From: Octopus vulgaris
Taxonomy: Eukaryota
Length of the DNA: 64,000 nt
Direction of reading: 5' to 3'
Assembly: GCA_951406725.2 (NCBI GenBank)
Contig: OX597833.1
Location: 50,468,001 to 50,532,000 of the forward strand
The position numbers were made by a program, and so were the translations under genes. Of this stretch, positions 40,017-54,453 are shown one piece after another (position 1 is the first letter of the stretch; each line of letters starts with the position of its first letter). The notes under the pieces are model-generated. The model was not told the origin of the DNA. It did no database searches and saw only the letters and a program-made list of their open reading frames with translations.

Positions 40017-40306
40017 TCGAGCCATGCTTGGCTCATAAGGGCCGGTTTCCCGATTTCTTTGGCCTATAGGTTCCCCACCTGGACGGGATGACGGTCCGTC
40101 GTAGGTGAGCTGTAAGATGCTGGAGGAAAGAGTGAGAGAAATTTGTGGCGAAAGAGCCAGAAGAAGTTCGCCCTTACCTTCTGCCGGAGCTGCGTGGAGC
40201 TTGGGTATTTCGTTCATAAACACACACATTGCCCGGTCTGAGGTTCGAACCCACGATCACTCGACCGCGAGTCCGCTGCTCTAACCACTAGGCCATGTAC
40301 CTCCAC
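40017..40306 (-). mobile_element. tRNA-derived SINE family D (GAAACCGG-type tail)
   Basis: Minus strand TGGCCTAGTGGTTAGAGCAGCGGACTCGCGGTCG...GGTTCGAACC. Confidence 0.85.
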
Positions 40307-40681
40307 AGCAGCATAGCAGTACCCAAAAGAAAATCCTTTCATCAGCTATTAAATAGAAGCCAGCGCTGTTTTGGCACTAACCGACTGTAGATTGTAAACT
40401 ACTAGGAAACAATGCAATCTTTAGATACGTAAAATCTAGTGCGTCAACGAATAATCTCGAAGTAGACCGAACAGTAGCGAAAGACGTAGAGGGTGTCAAC
40501 CTACCGATAGCGGTCTAAAAGGTGTGGGTCTCTGGTTGATAGGAAAGGCAAAAAATTTTGCCGCGTTTGCGTATTTTAATAATTCCAGCACACCTGTATA
40601 TACTATTCACCCTGGCTATATTCTTGTCCTGCAGCAAATGTTTGATTATACATACATACGTACATATATACACATCTCCCG

Positions 40682-40713
<32 letters not shown>

Positions 40714-40735
40714 TACGTACATATATTTATGTGCA

Positions 40736-40918
40736 TATTTCGTCTTCCGTTACGTTCTGAGTTCAAATTTCGCCGAGGTCGACCTTGCCTTTCATCCTTT
40801 CGGGGGCGATAAATTTAGTACCAGTTACGCACTGGGGTCGATATAATCGACTTAATCCGTTTGTCTGTCCTTGTTTGTACTCTCTGCGTTTAGTCCCTTC
40901 TGGGTAGTAAAGAAATAA
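40736..40918 (+). mobile_element. SINE family B, 5'-truncated
   Basis: Nin/Deu-like block and tail match. Confidence 0.85.
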
Positions 40919-40931
40919 TATATATATTTAC

Positions 40932-41022
<91 letters not shown>

Positions 41023-41911
41023 AGACATGTTTATACACATATATACACAAACATAGGAAAGTAAAACCTTTTATTTGTTACGTCATAATATTTACCCAGC
41101 GTATTGAGTACTTTAATTTTTGCTCGTGAGAATCTCATCATTAAAACGTATATGTGCATGTGTGCGTGTATGTCTGTATATGTGCATGCGTATGTTTATA
41201 TATGACTATGAAATTTTATTAGTATTTATTCATTTAAAATGTATGAACTCAAGCATACGATAAACTAAGTAGAAAAGAATGATTAGCTTAGTAAGTACTG
41301 GGGATAATTTAATTCCCCATTCCTTCGAAGGAATTGTCTCAGTCTAGTCGGAAACGAATGCTAAAACTAGCAATAGAATAAAAGGAAACTGCAATCTTCA
41401 CGAATATTGATAGAAAGCGGTCGATCTCAGACATAAGCCAGATATGATCGGATAAACATGAAAACAATACTGGCAATTTATTTGTTTATCATATCGTTTG
41501 ATCGACAGATATCACGGACAGATATAACTTTGAAATACAATATTTGGCGATGCATTATAAAAGCATAATTAATGCGTATAATAGTTTTATGGCGATGCGA
41601 TTAATAGTTATTTCTTTTGAACTTTTGAGTGTCCCAGATTTTTCCAACAAAAAGATAGAAATCAGTAAATAACGAGAACATTTATTACTAATATGGAGGA
41701 AAATGAATTTACGTTGCTTTGGTTCTTATACATGTTAATACTGTCATGTAGTTACTATATGCATTCATACGTACGTACGCACATATATACATACATACAC
41801 ACATATACACACACATACATACATACATACATACATACATACATACATACATACATACATACATACACATACATATATACATATATACATTATATATATT
41901 TATATATATAA

Positions 41912-42351
41912 TAAATCTCTGAGCGAGGTATAAACAGTAGCTGCACAACATCGTGAAGTATAATTGCTACTTAAATGTGGCTAACCCTTAAGGGTGGATG
42001 CTACTGTAGCTTGTAGCTCCAGGAGGACACCTCCCCCAGCTGGATTTTGACACACTTTCTGTGCCCTATCGGTATTTGCAAAGGGAAGCCATCCTTCCCG
42101 TCTTCAATCAATGATACACATAGACTCGAGTTTCTGGATATTGACACGTCATCAGCGAGCGACAATCACCGGTTATCGATGAAAAGTAGGCCCCTTTGCA
42201 AATATATATCCTTTTTCCAGTGACGAAAATCACTGATATCGAAAAAATGTAAACAAGCAATAATAAACCTCTGAGCGAGGTATAGACAGTAGCTGCTCGG
42301 CATTGTGAAGTATATTTACCACTTAAATGTGGCTAACCCCTAAGGGTGGAT
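41912..42351. mobile_element. ~440-bp module with ~88-bp direct terminal repeats and an internal hammerhead-like core
   Basis: CTCTGAGCGAGGTATA.ACAGTAGCTGC...ACTTAAATGTGGCTAACCC.TAAGGGTGGAT occurs twice; minus strand CTGATGA...GAAACTCGAGTC at 42123-42155. Confidence 0.65.
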
Positions 42352-43789
42352 ACAAATATTCATATATATATATATATATACCATACTTATATGAGTAGGC
42401 CAGTGTGCATTTGTACAGGGATATGTAAATGCATACATTGTTTACAGGTATGTAGGTGCACCAACAAACAGATGCATGAATACAAATATAGATATGTCTG
42501 TATAGCAACACATATAAATGTATAGCCCCAAAACCTAACATTTTGGCGGGGAAAGGGTTTATCAATTACAATGAACCCTGTGTATAGCTATTACTTATTT
42601 CATCGACGCTCTCCATGCTATCGTTTCCGCACCTGCCCTATCTCTGGATTTAGCATCTGCGGACTTCTATCTTTTTTCCGAGAGCGAATCGCAGTAGGTC
42701 CTCGACTCGCTTACGGAAAACGAACTTCCAGGCTTCATTTGAAAAGTGGAAGGAACGCTGGGACTTGTGTACTGCTGCTCAACATTACTAATTCGAAGGA
42801 GATGATGTTTAAACTTAGGTAATTAAGTTAACTTTTATCAAAGCAAAACTAATCCGGGAAACTTTGATGCTACATCGTAGGCAAACACGTACATGAACAC
42901 ACACACACACACACACGCACGCACGCACACACACACACACACACACACAAATATACGCGTTTACACTGTAAAGTACTTTAATTTCGCGGGCACCAAATTT
43001 CGCTAATTGAGACCTAGAAACAAATTTGCGAGAATTTAATTTCGTGAATACACATGTTTGAAAATTTTTGGGAATGTTTATTTTATTAAATCTAGATAGA
43101 AAATATCTTACTTTTTTCAACATTTGTTAAGCAGTTATCTTTCAAGTAGACTCATTTGTTGACATATTAAACGTTAGGTACGATCATTGATGTGTACCTA
43201 TTCACTGTTCGCGTTGTTTTACTATGATACAATTCAGTAATTGAGTCGCTTACTGTGTTTTCTTTCAGACATATAATACCAGATTATGTAAACTTGCTAA
43301 ATTTTCATAAAAAGTTTTCTAAATTCTATAATCTCTACATAAAAAACCGCGTTTACTATGTGTGTCAATTGATATCTCATTCATCATTTACCATGCGTGT
43401 CAACTGACATTTGTAATTTGCGTGATTAATAGTTAAACATTTCAGCTAATTCGTTTTGGGATTTGGTTTGCCAGATTCTTTATGTGAGTTCGTGTGTTGA
43501 AGCATATTCTGTTGTGTCCGGGGAGAATAATTTTCTTTTTGTGCCTTACAATTTAACCAACTTACTTTTACTGTATGGAGTACACTATTTATTGAGAGGT
43601 ATTTTACTTATTTTGGCTTTATACCCGTAATTAATATTACTATTATTATTATAATTATATTTATTAGTATTATTTGCATAAATATCATTAATTATCACAA
43701 TCATTATTTTAACAAGTATAATTACTATAAATGGTAAGTTATGTTTCTTTAAATAATTTAAACGTACATTTAATCCAGGTTGAACATCT

Positions 43790-45210
43790 CATAATATGTT
43801 GTTGTCCAGTGTTTATACGAGTAAATTTAGAAGTGAAAATTTGGTACATTTCTTCCACAAAAACTCACATCTATTATCGCCTACTCTATAAGGTTTTGCT
43901 TTACTAATTATTTCCCAAGCATTCGCAAATAATTTGTTACTAACTTTTAGTACACAAATTAGCTTACTAAGAATGGTAGTATTCATTTTGTCCCTATTTC
44001 TAAACGAACTTAAGTGATTGGCAATTCTCAGCTTAATATAACATGAGCTAGCTCCTATATAGAAATATTCTCTATTCTTGGAGGTAATCTTACATCTTTA
44101 TACGACATTTTTATGCATACAACTAGAGTTAAGCGGACAAACACTGTTCCTTCTACAATCGCATTTAATAGTTCTACTACTTCTATTATTATTATTATTT
44201 TCCACTTCACCTACTCTTGATGCGATTTCTATATTCCTCTATCTATCTTATAAGTTATTAGTCCTTTCGCATAGACAACATTCTAAGTACGTTCCTTTTT
44301 AAGACACATCTACTACTTCCAGGTTAATCGTGGTGTTACTTCAGGTCTCTTTAATTTTATTGGTTACCAAACAATAGCTCATATCCTGAAACCTAGTTGT
44401 GTGGCTTATGAGTTTTCTGCTCATGTTGATATTGTTACTATTTACTGATCTATTAAAATTCTGGTTACTAATATTGCTATTGCTCATATTGAAACTCTTT
44501 AATTTTACTATCGTTGTGTACTGCTATAATCTGTGCTAGAATTTTGCTATCACAGAAAGCTAATCTAACCCTATTTTTATTAAAAAGTTCTATAGTATTT
44601 ATTGCCTTCTGGAAAATGTTTACTCAATGCCAAATAAAACAATTTTGGTGTAATGGAAATTATTTGTTTTCGGAAGGGAATTTTATACCCTTCAGTATAG
44701 CAAGAGGTTTCCATGTTACTGAGGCATGTATTTATATTTATATTTAGGCTTTTTGCAAAAGTGTGTATCTGGTTCTTATTACGGCATTGGGTTTGTTTGC
44801 TATTATATTTGACTTTATATTTGTCAATTATTTGTATATTACTATTTATAGAGTTTATATATTGTTTACCTACCTTATCCAAACGGTAACTTTTAGTAGG
44901 TCCATGTATATCTAAGCCAGTTTGTATTTTATTTGGCACACATTCAAGCAAATTTGTATTATTCTTTTTGTTTTTACGTACTCTATTGTTATATTCTAAT
45001 TGCATAGATTTCAATTCTTTAACTCTTCCTACTGCCTGTTCTATTTGGTTAGTGGTGTTCTTCATATTATGCATACTGTTAAGATTATTGCCAGTATGGC
45101 ACGTCCCGTTACATATATTATATCTACTATTATTACCGTTTAAAATCTTAAATTTTTCTCTATATCCTGCCTTCTCTAATACATACTCATCAAACGCGAA
45201 GGAAATTTAA
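43790..45210 (-). pseudogene. Decayed Penelope-like element (Naiad-like) linker and GIY-YIG endonuclease
   Basis: Minus strand LALSKHFPEGNKYYRTF, then KCDCRRNSVCPLNSSC..KNVV*RC...YFYIGAS...KLRIANHLSSF...TILSKLI..LK...WEIISKAKPY; stops and frameshifts. Confidence 0.8.
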
Positions 45211-46679
45211 GTTAATGTACACACGTACACACACATGAATCACATCTATCTTCGCATATATATATACAAAACCATATTTATTTATACATCTGGACACAAC
45301 CTCATCTGCATATAGACATAGTTAAGCACATAGGTACACATTCATATTCATACATACATATATATAAATACACAAATATACATATCTTTGCACGCACGCA
45401 CACATGCTCACGTTTATAATATAAATAATATAAATGTAGACACACACATATACATTAATGTATATATATATATATAGCGAGAGAGAGAGAGAGAGAGAGA
45501 GACTGACAGACAGAGAGAGAGCAATAAGAAAATGGAGGGGATCAATAGGTGGTATTCATCAACTTTTAGACATTATAATATGTCAATTTATTTATTTACT
45601 AAAAGGGTAATTATAACAATATACATACATGTATAACATATTATGTTTTACATATATAATATATAAAATATAAAAATATCAGTAACTATTAAAATATATA
45701 ACATATAACAATAGAAATTGGGATAATATCTTACTGCTGTTTCAGCCCAGAAGCAATACATATATATACACACATATACTCAGGTACATACATTCAGATC
45801 GTATATACTAAACATAAAAGAGATATGTCAATACACAAAAGAATTCCTTTACAATTTCTATACATGTATGCACGCCCATAGATCGACATAAGTATATATA
45901 CGCAGAGTGAATCACATAGCAGAAAGCAAGCATTAAATAATCTAGAACTCTATGTTAGCGTATACAAATAATTCATTCCAAAGGTATACATACACAAGCG
46001 TACACACACCTGCACTTACCCAATCTAACTAATTATACATCTATATTTCTATACAATTATCTATCGATCGATCGATCCAGCGAACATAGTACCTCTCTCT
46101 TTAGCTAACTATTAATCTACATAGCCTGAGCGCAGTTATTAATATCATATAATAGTAAAGATGAAACATTGTTATCAATGGCTAGTGAAACATCTACTTA
46201 AATGTAGAAATGATAAGGTAGAAAACGTAGTATGTGTCTATATGTATACAGCTTAAAATATAATAAAATAATATTTTGAATAGAATACTTTTGAATAGAA
46301 AGTAAAAATTTAAGTAGAAGTTACATTAAAGTGAAATCAAATATTATAAAAATAAATGTTATATTTAAAAATATAACGTACAGAATATTGTAACGGTGAA
46401 TGTAAATGTTATTGTATAAATATAAGATAACTTAAATAAAGTAAAAAAAATAAAAGACACTTGAGAGATTATAAATTGAAAGAGAATCATAGCCGATGAA
46501 AAAATAATTAACTAACATACAAACTTTATCAGTTATACAATGTACATTGTAGAATATAACCATAAAGATACAGCTTAAAATATATAATAAACATAAGATC
46601 AAATCAAACAATATAAAAATAAGATGTGATATATATAATACAAAACTCGATAAAAATTTAGTAAAATGTACACCTTGCC

Positions 46680-46763
<84 letters not shown>

Positions 46764-47204
46764 GTATATATGTATATATATATATATATACATACATACA
46801 TACATATATATATATATTTATATATATAGTATGGACAGTATATCTAATATAATGTACATGTCTGAATAGCTCAAGAGCAGATTTCTTCATTCAGTTGGGT
46901 CTAATTGTCTACATAGGCTGCACAATATCATTCGACCGGTACTTATGTACCAAGTTTGATATTTGCATAATATTGTTGTGTGTGCATTATTCCGACCTAA
47001 TGCGGTGCTTTATACGTATGTGTGTATACGTGACCATGCATATATAGACTCACGTAAACATGAATGTACATAATGCATGCACTAATACGAAGTGGTAATA
47101 GCTATTCTCAAATATCTGGTTATAACGCAAATGTACGTAGCTGCAGTGAAAATTAAGTAAAAATTAGGTAAAAATATCTTATAAAATATAAATAATAATA
47201 AATG

Positions 47205-47450
47205 CACCCTTTTAAAGCCTAGCCGGGCTCATGGGCCCGGTTTCCCGGTTTCTATGGTGTATGTGTTTCCCAACTGGACGGGACGCCAGTCTATCGCAGC
47301 GTTACTCATTTTTGCCAGCTGAGTGGACTGGAGCAACGTGAAATGAAGTGTTTTGCTCAAAAAGACAACGCGTCGCTCGGTCCAGGAATCGAAACCACAA
47401 TCTTACGATCATGATGCTGACACTCTAACCACTAAGCCACGCGCCTCCAC
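47205..47450 (-). mobile_element. tRNA-derived SINE (same family as 424-640)
   Basis: Reverse-complement match. Confidence 0.88.
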
Positions 47451-47896
47451 TCTGATAATGTATACGATATTATTAATACAGAGAAAAGTAAGTCAATTAA
47501 AAAATATCAATTTGAAGGAAAGCCATAGTCGACTTTTATTAGGGTTTATTGTCTTGAAATCTATAAGAGATATCAAATAAATGCAGTAAATGTTCAGTCT
47601 ATTTACATAATGTGGCCTATCCCAAAACATTTATTTGGTCAATGTTGCCTTCAAATGATGATATCTCAAGAAGCGAATGCATTATAGAATTATTACCTAT
47701 GTCGATATATTAAAGCATGTAATACATAACATTTTGTTAATTGCATTGCATTATATAAGATATGAAATAAAAATCACGTGCCCATGTGACCGACCAGGCT
47801 ATCAGATGTTTTTGTCACACATCACTGGTCACAATGCGCCCGTTCTGTAGCGTCAATTTGCTTTCTTTTCTCACTTAAATCTTTACTCTTATGTAT

Positions 47897-47930
<34 letters not shown>

Positions 47931-47932
<2 letters not shown>

Positions 47933-48320
47933 GAGCAAAACGTCCCCCCCCCCCGCGTCCAATGGACGGTGCAAGGTTGCCAAACATTTAAACCAAATTT
48001 TCTCAAAACGACTTGTCCGACCGTCCCATAGACCTCCCCTTTGAGAAACACTGATTTAACCTAAATTTGAGACACCACCAAAAGAAGAAATAAAGATAGA
48101 CTTTTTTCTATTCCAAAGAAAAACGATTTTATTCACACAAATATGCTTTATTGATCGCATTCTCACATGGAATCGAATTTTGCAATTTTTTCAAGACATA
48201 TACGCGCCCTGAAACCGTCAGTATCTACATATCAAATTTGAGCGCAATCGGATGGAGGATACCCGAGATTCTAGAAGACACACACACACATGAACAGACA
48301 ACGGATTTTATATAATAGAT
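47931..48320 (-). mobile_element. Helentron/Helitron-like non-autonomous element (copy 2)
   Basis: Reverse complement of 37012-37368. Confidence 0.65.
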
Positions 48321-48464
48321 ATATATCCGCACACTCATAATCACAAACTATATGTATGTTTTGGGGTGCATGCAGCTTGTAATATAAGACATTTTTTCAT
48401 CGATTAAATTTCACCGAGGATCACAATATCGACACCTTTAGCATATTCTACCCAGTCACATATG

Positions 48465-48848
48465 GAAGCACTCCGTCGGTTACGACGGCGAGGGTTCCGG
48501 TTGATCCGATCAACGGAACAGCCTGCTCGTGATATTAACGTGTAAGTGGTTGAGCACTCCACAGACACGTGTACCCTTAACGCAGTTCGCGAGGAGATAT
48601 TCAGCGTGACACTGAGAGTGACAAGGCCGGCCCTTTGAAATACAGGTACAACAGAAAGAGGAAGTAAGAGTGAGAGAAAGTTGTGGTGAAAGAGTACAGC
48701 AGGGATCACCACCATCCCTGCCGGAGCCTCGTGGAGCTTTAAGGTGTTTTCGCTCAATAAACACTCACAACGCCCGGTCTGGGAATCGAAACCGCGATCC
48801 TACGACCGCGAGTCCGCTGCCCTAACCACTGGGCCATTGCGCCTCCAC
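48465..48848 (-). mobile_element. tRNA-derived SINE family D, full length
   Basis: Minus strand TGGCCCAGTGGTTAGGGCAGCGGACTCGCGGTCG...GTTTCGATTCC; ACCCAGTCACATA on both flanks is a probable TSD. Confidence 0.9.
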
Positions 48849-49168
48849 ACCCAGTCACATAAACACACGCATATAATGCTTGTACGCGTGCGAGCGAGCG
48901 AGTGAGTGAGTGTAAATATCCAAAGAAATTTTCAAAAAGAATTTCTTCATTTTAAGATTCCCACGGAAGAAAAATCTAGAAATATCTGGAGCGAGACTAT
49001 TAGCAATAACGAGAGTGCGAGAACGGAATGTTAGTTTAATTCGTTTATACGTCTCCTTCAGCAAGTTGTTAACATCTCAACTTCCCCATTTTTTAAAGCT
49101 ATAGAAATCTCACTGTGTAAAAAAAAAAAAAAAAGAGTGAATATTTTTGTGATTTTACTCATTACAAT

Positions 49169-49585
49169 AGGCGCAGGAGTGGCTGTGTGGTAAGTAGCTT
49201 GCTAACCAACCACATGGTTTCGGGTTCAATCCCACTGCGTGGCATCTTGGGCAAGTGTCTTCTGCTATAGCCCCGGGTCGACCAATGCCTTGTGAGTGGA
49301 TTTGGTAGACGGAAACTGAAAGAAGCCTGTCGTATATATGCATATATATATATATATGTGTGTGTGTTTGTGGGTTTGTGTGTCTGTGTTTGTCCCCCTA
49401 GCATTGCTTGACAACCGATGCTGGTGTGTTTACGTCCGCGTCACTTAGCGGTTCGTCAAAAGAGACCGATAGAAGAAGTACTGGGTTTACAAAGAATAAG
49501 TTCCGGGGTCGATTTGCTCGACTAAAGGCGGTGCTCCAGCATGGCCGCAGTCAAATGACTGAAACAAGTAAAAGAGTAAAAAGAG
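49169..49585 (+). mobile_element. Full-length SINE family A
   Basis: Head, CORE-like body, microsatellite and tail all present. Confidence 0.92.
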
Positions 49586-49670
49586 TATTACAATTGCAAT
49601 AATTATTGTTGGTGCTATTCTTATTGATGTTAGATAAACTAGCACAGTCGGTACAGCGTTGTTTCTGAAA

Positions 49671-50470
49671 AGGCAGCCAGCTGACACAATCGTTAGCAGG
49701 CCGGGTGAAATGCTTAGCGGTATTTCGTCTGTCGCCATGTTCTGACCTCAAATTCCGCCGAGGTCGACTTTACCTTTTATCCTTTCAGGGTCGATAAATT
49801 AAGTACTAGTTACGCACTGGGGTCGATCTAATCGACTTAATCCGTTTGTCTGTCCTTGTTTGTCTCCTCTGTGTTTAGCCCCTTGTGGGTAATAAAGAAA
49901 TAGGTATTTCGTCTGTCGTTGTGTTCTGAGCTCAAATTCCACCGAGGTCGACTTTACTTTTTATCCTTTCAGGGTCGATAAATTAAGTACCTGTTTCACA
50001 CTGGGGTCGATGTAATCGACTTAATCCCTTTGTCTGTCCTTGTTTGTCCTCTCTGTGTTTAGCCTCTTGTGGGCAATAAAGAAATAAGAAAATTTAGCAC
50101 GCCGGGCGAAATACTTAGCGGTATTTTGCCTGTCGTTACGTTCTGAGTTCAATTTCTGCCGAGGTCGACTCTGCCTTTTTTCCTTTCGGGGTCGATAAAA
50201 TAAGTACAAGTTACGCACCGGGTTCGATGTAATCGTCTTAATCCGTTTGTCTGTCCTTGTTTGTCCTTTCTTTGTTTAGCCCCTTGTGGGCAGTAAAGAA
50301 GTAGGTGTTTCGCCTGTCTTTACGTTCTGAGTTCAATTTGCGCCGAGACTGACGCTGCCTTTCTTCCTTTCGGGGTCGATAAATTAAGTACCAGTTGCGT
50401 ACTGGACTGGATCTAATCGTCTGGTCCCACTCTCCCAAAATTTCGGGCCTTGTGCCTAGAGTAGCGAAGA
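49671..50470 (+). mobile_element. Tandem array of four SINE family B units
   Basis: GTTCTGA..TCAA.TT...CCTTTC.GGGTCGATAAA.TAAGTAC repeated four times head to tail. Confidence 0.9.
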
Positions 50471-50927
50471 TTATTTTTTTCTGATTTTAATAACGTTCAA
50501 GCATAATTCTAGCACCATGTTCAAGTTCGGTGCAATGTATTTTGTGTTATATTTTATGAGGTTTTGATAATTGGAACACCAATTGTATAGTGATATGTTC
50601 GGCTCATTCACATATTACGTTTTATGCGTCGTTACTCTAATGGTAATAGGCGTATTATATATACTAAATGATGTAGTTACTTCTTTCCATTCGTGGCGGT
50701 ATTATTTAATTCCTGGTCTTGTATTTTGTTGGATAACCCACTGCTCATATTAGTGTGTTTATGTATATGCGTCTGCCTGTGTATGTTTATGTGTGGATAA
50801 GTGTGTTAGTGTGTGTATAGACATATATACCTACGTTCACACACACACATACAGTATTTCAGTATGTTCTTAGCCGTAACTTTTAGATAATGCAAAGAAA
50901 TCTAGAAGATATGGATATCTATATCTA

Positions 50928-50983
<56 letters not shown>

Positions 50984-51083
50984 ATCTATCTATCTATCTA
51001 TCTATATCTATATATATATATATATATACATACATACACACACACATATAGACATACGTACGAACATACGTATACGTATACAT

Positions 51084-51204
<121 letters not shown>

Positions 51205-51227
51205 CACACATCCATGTATGTCTAATG

Positions 51228-51271
<44 letters not shown>

Positions 51272-51733
51272 TTCTTTTATTATATTTATATTTCAATACC
51301 GTTTGTTTGAGTATATTTACATAAGGGGTGAAATTTGTGAGTGACGTGGTATTAGTGATACGTAAAATATAATACCTTCATACGGAAAGAGAAAAAAAAT
51401 GGAATGCATTTCAAATTAATTTTCAATTTTCAACAGTTTTCTTTCAGATTAATTAAACACAACCGTTTCACACTACGTAATGAGATATATACTTCAAAAG
51501 TCACATTTAAGTGAATTCAGAAAAATTAATTACACAAGAATTTAAGAGAGGCAAAATAAAAATAAAAAAAACGACATTTATACAGTAAATCTTTTATGAA
51601 AACAAGATGTTTCTCGTATATATACATACATATGTATATTTATATATATACATTTATGAATATATGTAATCTATACATGTGTAAATGTATGTATATACGA
51701 ATATATATATATATAAATATATACATACATAAA

Positions 51734-51764
<31 letters not shown>

Positions 51765-52054
51765 GCATATATATCCATACATATACATATATATATATAC
51801 ATGCATACATATACATATATATATATACATGCATATATAAATACACACACACACACACACCCACACACATATATATATACATACATACACATATATATAT
51901 ACATATATACATACTGTATAAATACCTACATACACAACATATATATACATGCATACAAACATATATACATACACATATACATACATACATACAAATATAT
52001 ATATATATGCATACATACATATATATACATACATCCACATATATATGTATACAT

Positions 52055-52114
<60 letters not shown>

Positions 52115-53037
52115 GTAAACACACATACACACACACATATATTACACCATGCGCGCACAAATGAATACGCTTGTATGAGGAAGTGAATATATCTGATTTC
52201 TCAATTGTAATATGTAATCAAAGGAAAAAGAAACTCACACACATATACACCATAAACAACATAAGCAAAACCTACCTATTAGTTTTGTTGTAACAGCTGT
52301 TATGTTTATATATCTATCAAACAGACATTCACCAATAGCGCTTTGTAATTTCATTCTTACGTCTGAAGGTCCGACAGCCCATATTACGTCAGTGTCATTG
52401 CTTTATATATTTCAGCGTAAATATTTATGAAATGATGAAGGAATTTGGTAGCGTGGTTAATGTGTCGATAATAGATACTCTGTTAGTATTTGTTTTGACC
52501 CTCGGTTCTCAGATCAAATTCTGACGATATCCACCTTGTATTTTATTCTTTTAAAATCGAAGACTTTCCAGTCCACGATGGTAGTTTGACGGAAATGTAA
52601 AAAAAGTACCGAATGCTACCCGTTTCTTGTTCTGGCTCTTATGTTCCGCTTTCAAGGGATTATATGAACATGTTCTGAAGACAATTGGGATCAACTCCCA
52701 TTCAGAATAGGAGATAATCCAAAGAATTGTCTAAAATTGACGCGTCATTAAAAAAAGAAGACAATTTAATTGTTTGGAAAAAAATGTGGACACGTGTTTC
52801 TGCATTGACAGACATCATCAGAACTGATACACTCTCACCATATTTGCTCATTTAATTTTAAAAAAATCAATAATTAGAAAAATATCAAGGGTCAGACGTG
52901 AGAGACGTAAATTAGATACAAGTCTTGAAGAAAAATATAGAGAAAATATTTTACAGATTTCATTCTACAACTGTTATATGAACGACACTGTTAATTATTA
53001 AAACTAACGTTCATCCTGTGAAGGAATTATTTCAGTA

Positions 53038-53423
53038 CTAGCAGTATCGCCCAGCGTTGCTCAGGTTTGTAAGGGAAATAACTATAAAGCAATTTTTAGA
53101 GAGTTATAGCCAAAAAATAGCAAAAAAATGGAAAAAAAATTATGGTAAATTTTTTTTGAGAGTTAAAAAAGGTCGAGTTGCGTCCCCTTAACAGTCTGTG
53201 GTTTGTGTTTCTGATTCTCGACCCCATGTCGAATTTATCGATTTTTTTCAGAACTGGGGGAACTTTTCAAAATTTTCGCTACGTTAGTTTTGAATTATGA
53301 CATTGGGCTATGTGTGTGTCAAGTTTCATCAGAATCGGTTGAAAGCCGTGGTCAGGGTGAGGGTACAACCAAACAGACACACAGAAACACACACAGACAA
53401 ACTGCCGTTTATATAGAGAGAGA
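53038..53423 (-). mobile_element. Complete non-autonomous Helitron
   Basis: Minus strand starts A|TC, has a (GT/GTCT)n tract, a 3' GC-rich hairpin CCTGAGCAACGCTGGG, and ends CTAG|T. Confidence 0.85.
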
Positions 53424-54029
53424 TTTCTCGTACACATGACTAAAATAATACAAAATAAAAGTGTGAAATATTGAAATTTTGAATTGCGGGCGGCTATGAG
53501 AGAACTTTGAGATGATGATTTCTTGACAGATTAAGGATGACAAATTTGAAATCGAAGGTTCTGGTCGTGTAATACAATTAATTAGATTAACTAGGGCTTA
53601 TATATGTGACAGTAACCTGAACCTACACAGGTTCCTCGATCTTTCACACTCTGCATTAATGGTTATGTGGTAATAATATTGTAGGGAAATATCACCGATG
53701 GTAATTTTGTAATGTTACCCTGAAAATACACATATATTAATATCATAGAATATAATGTTGCAAGTGTGAAACTTGATGAGGTTTACAAGTTACTCTGAAT
53801 AAACATGACTTTCTTTTAATGAGGAAAGCATAAGGCTAGTTCAAATGCTATCGATTTTTATTTTATCAGTCTAGGATATGGACGACTGAGTAAAGCGGAC
53901 ACTGCAGAATGCCAATGCAAGGATGCAGGACATTAAACTAGTTACTGGAGTATTATGGCATCTCCTTATTTATCATCGATACATTTTCACCAGTTCAGTA
54001 CTCATGGCCATTTCTTTCAATGTTTATAA

Positions 54030-54235
54030 CATTCTCTTTCTTGCTTGTTTCTGTAATTTGACTGTGGCCATGCTAGAGCACCGCTTTTAGTCGAGCAAAT
54101 TGACGCTAGGACTTATTCTTTGTAAGCCTTGTACTTATTCTGTCGGTCACTTTTTGCCGAACTGGTAAATTACGGGGACGTAAACACACTAGCATCGGTT
54201 GTCAAGCGATGTTGGAGAGGGGACAAACAGACACA

Positions 54236-54293
<58 letters not shown>

Positions 54294-54315
54294 CATATAT
54301 ATGTATGTATTTAAG

Positions 54316-54352
<37 letters not shown>

Positions 54353-54419
54353 GTGTATATATATATATATATGTATGTGTATATATATATATATATGTGT
54401 GTATATATATATATGTATG

Positions 54420-54453
<34 letters not shown>

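Noticed and set aside
49671-50470. CRISPR-like repeat array
   Set aside because: Units are 150-200 bp SINE multimers without unique spacers; eukaryotic context and no cas genes.
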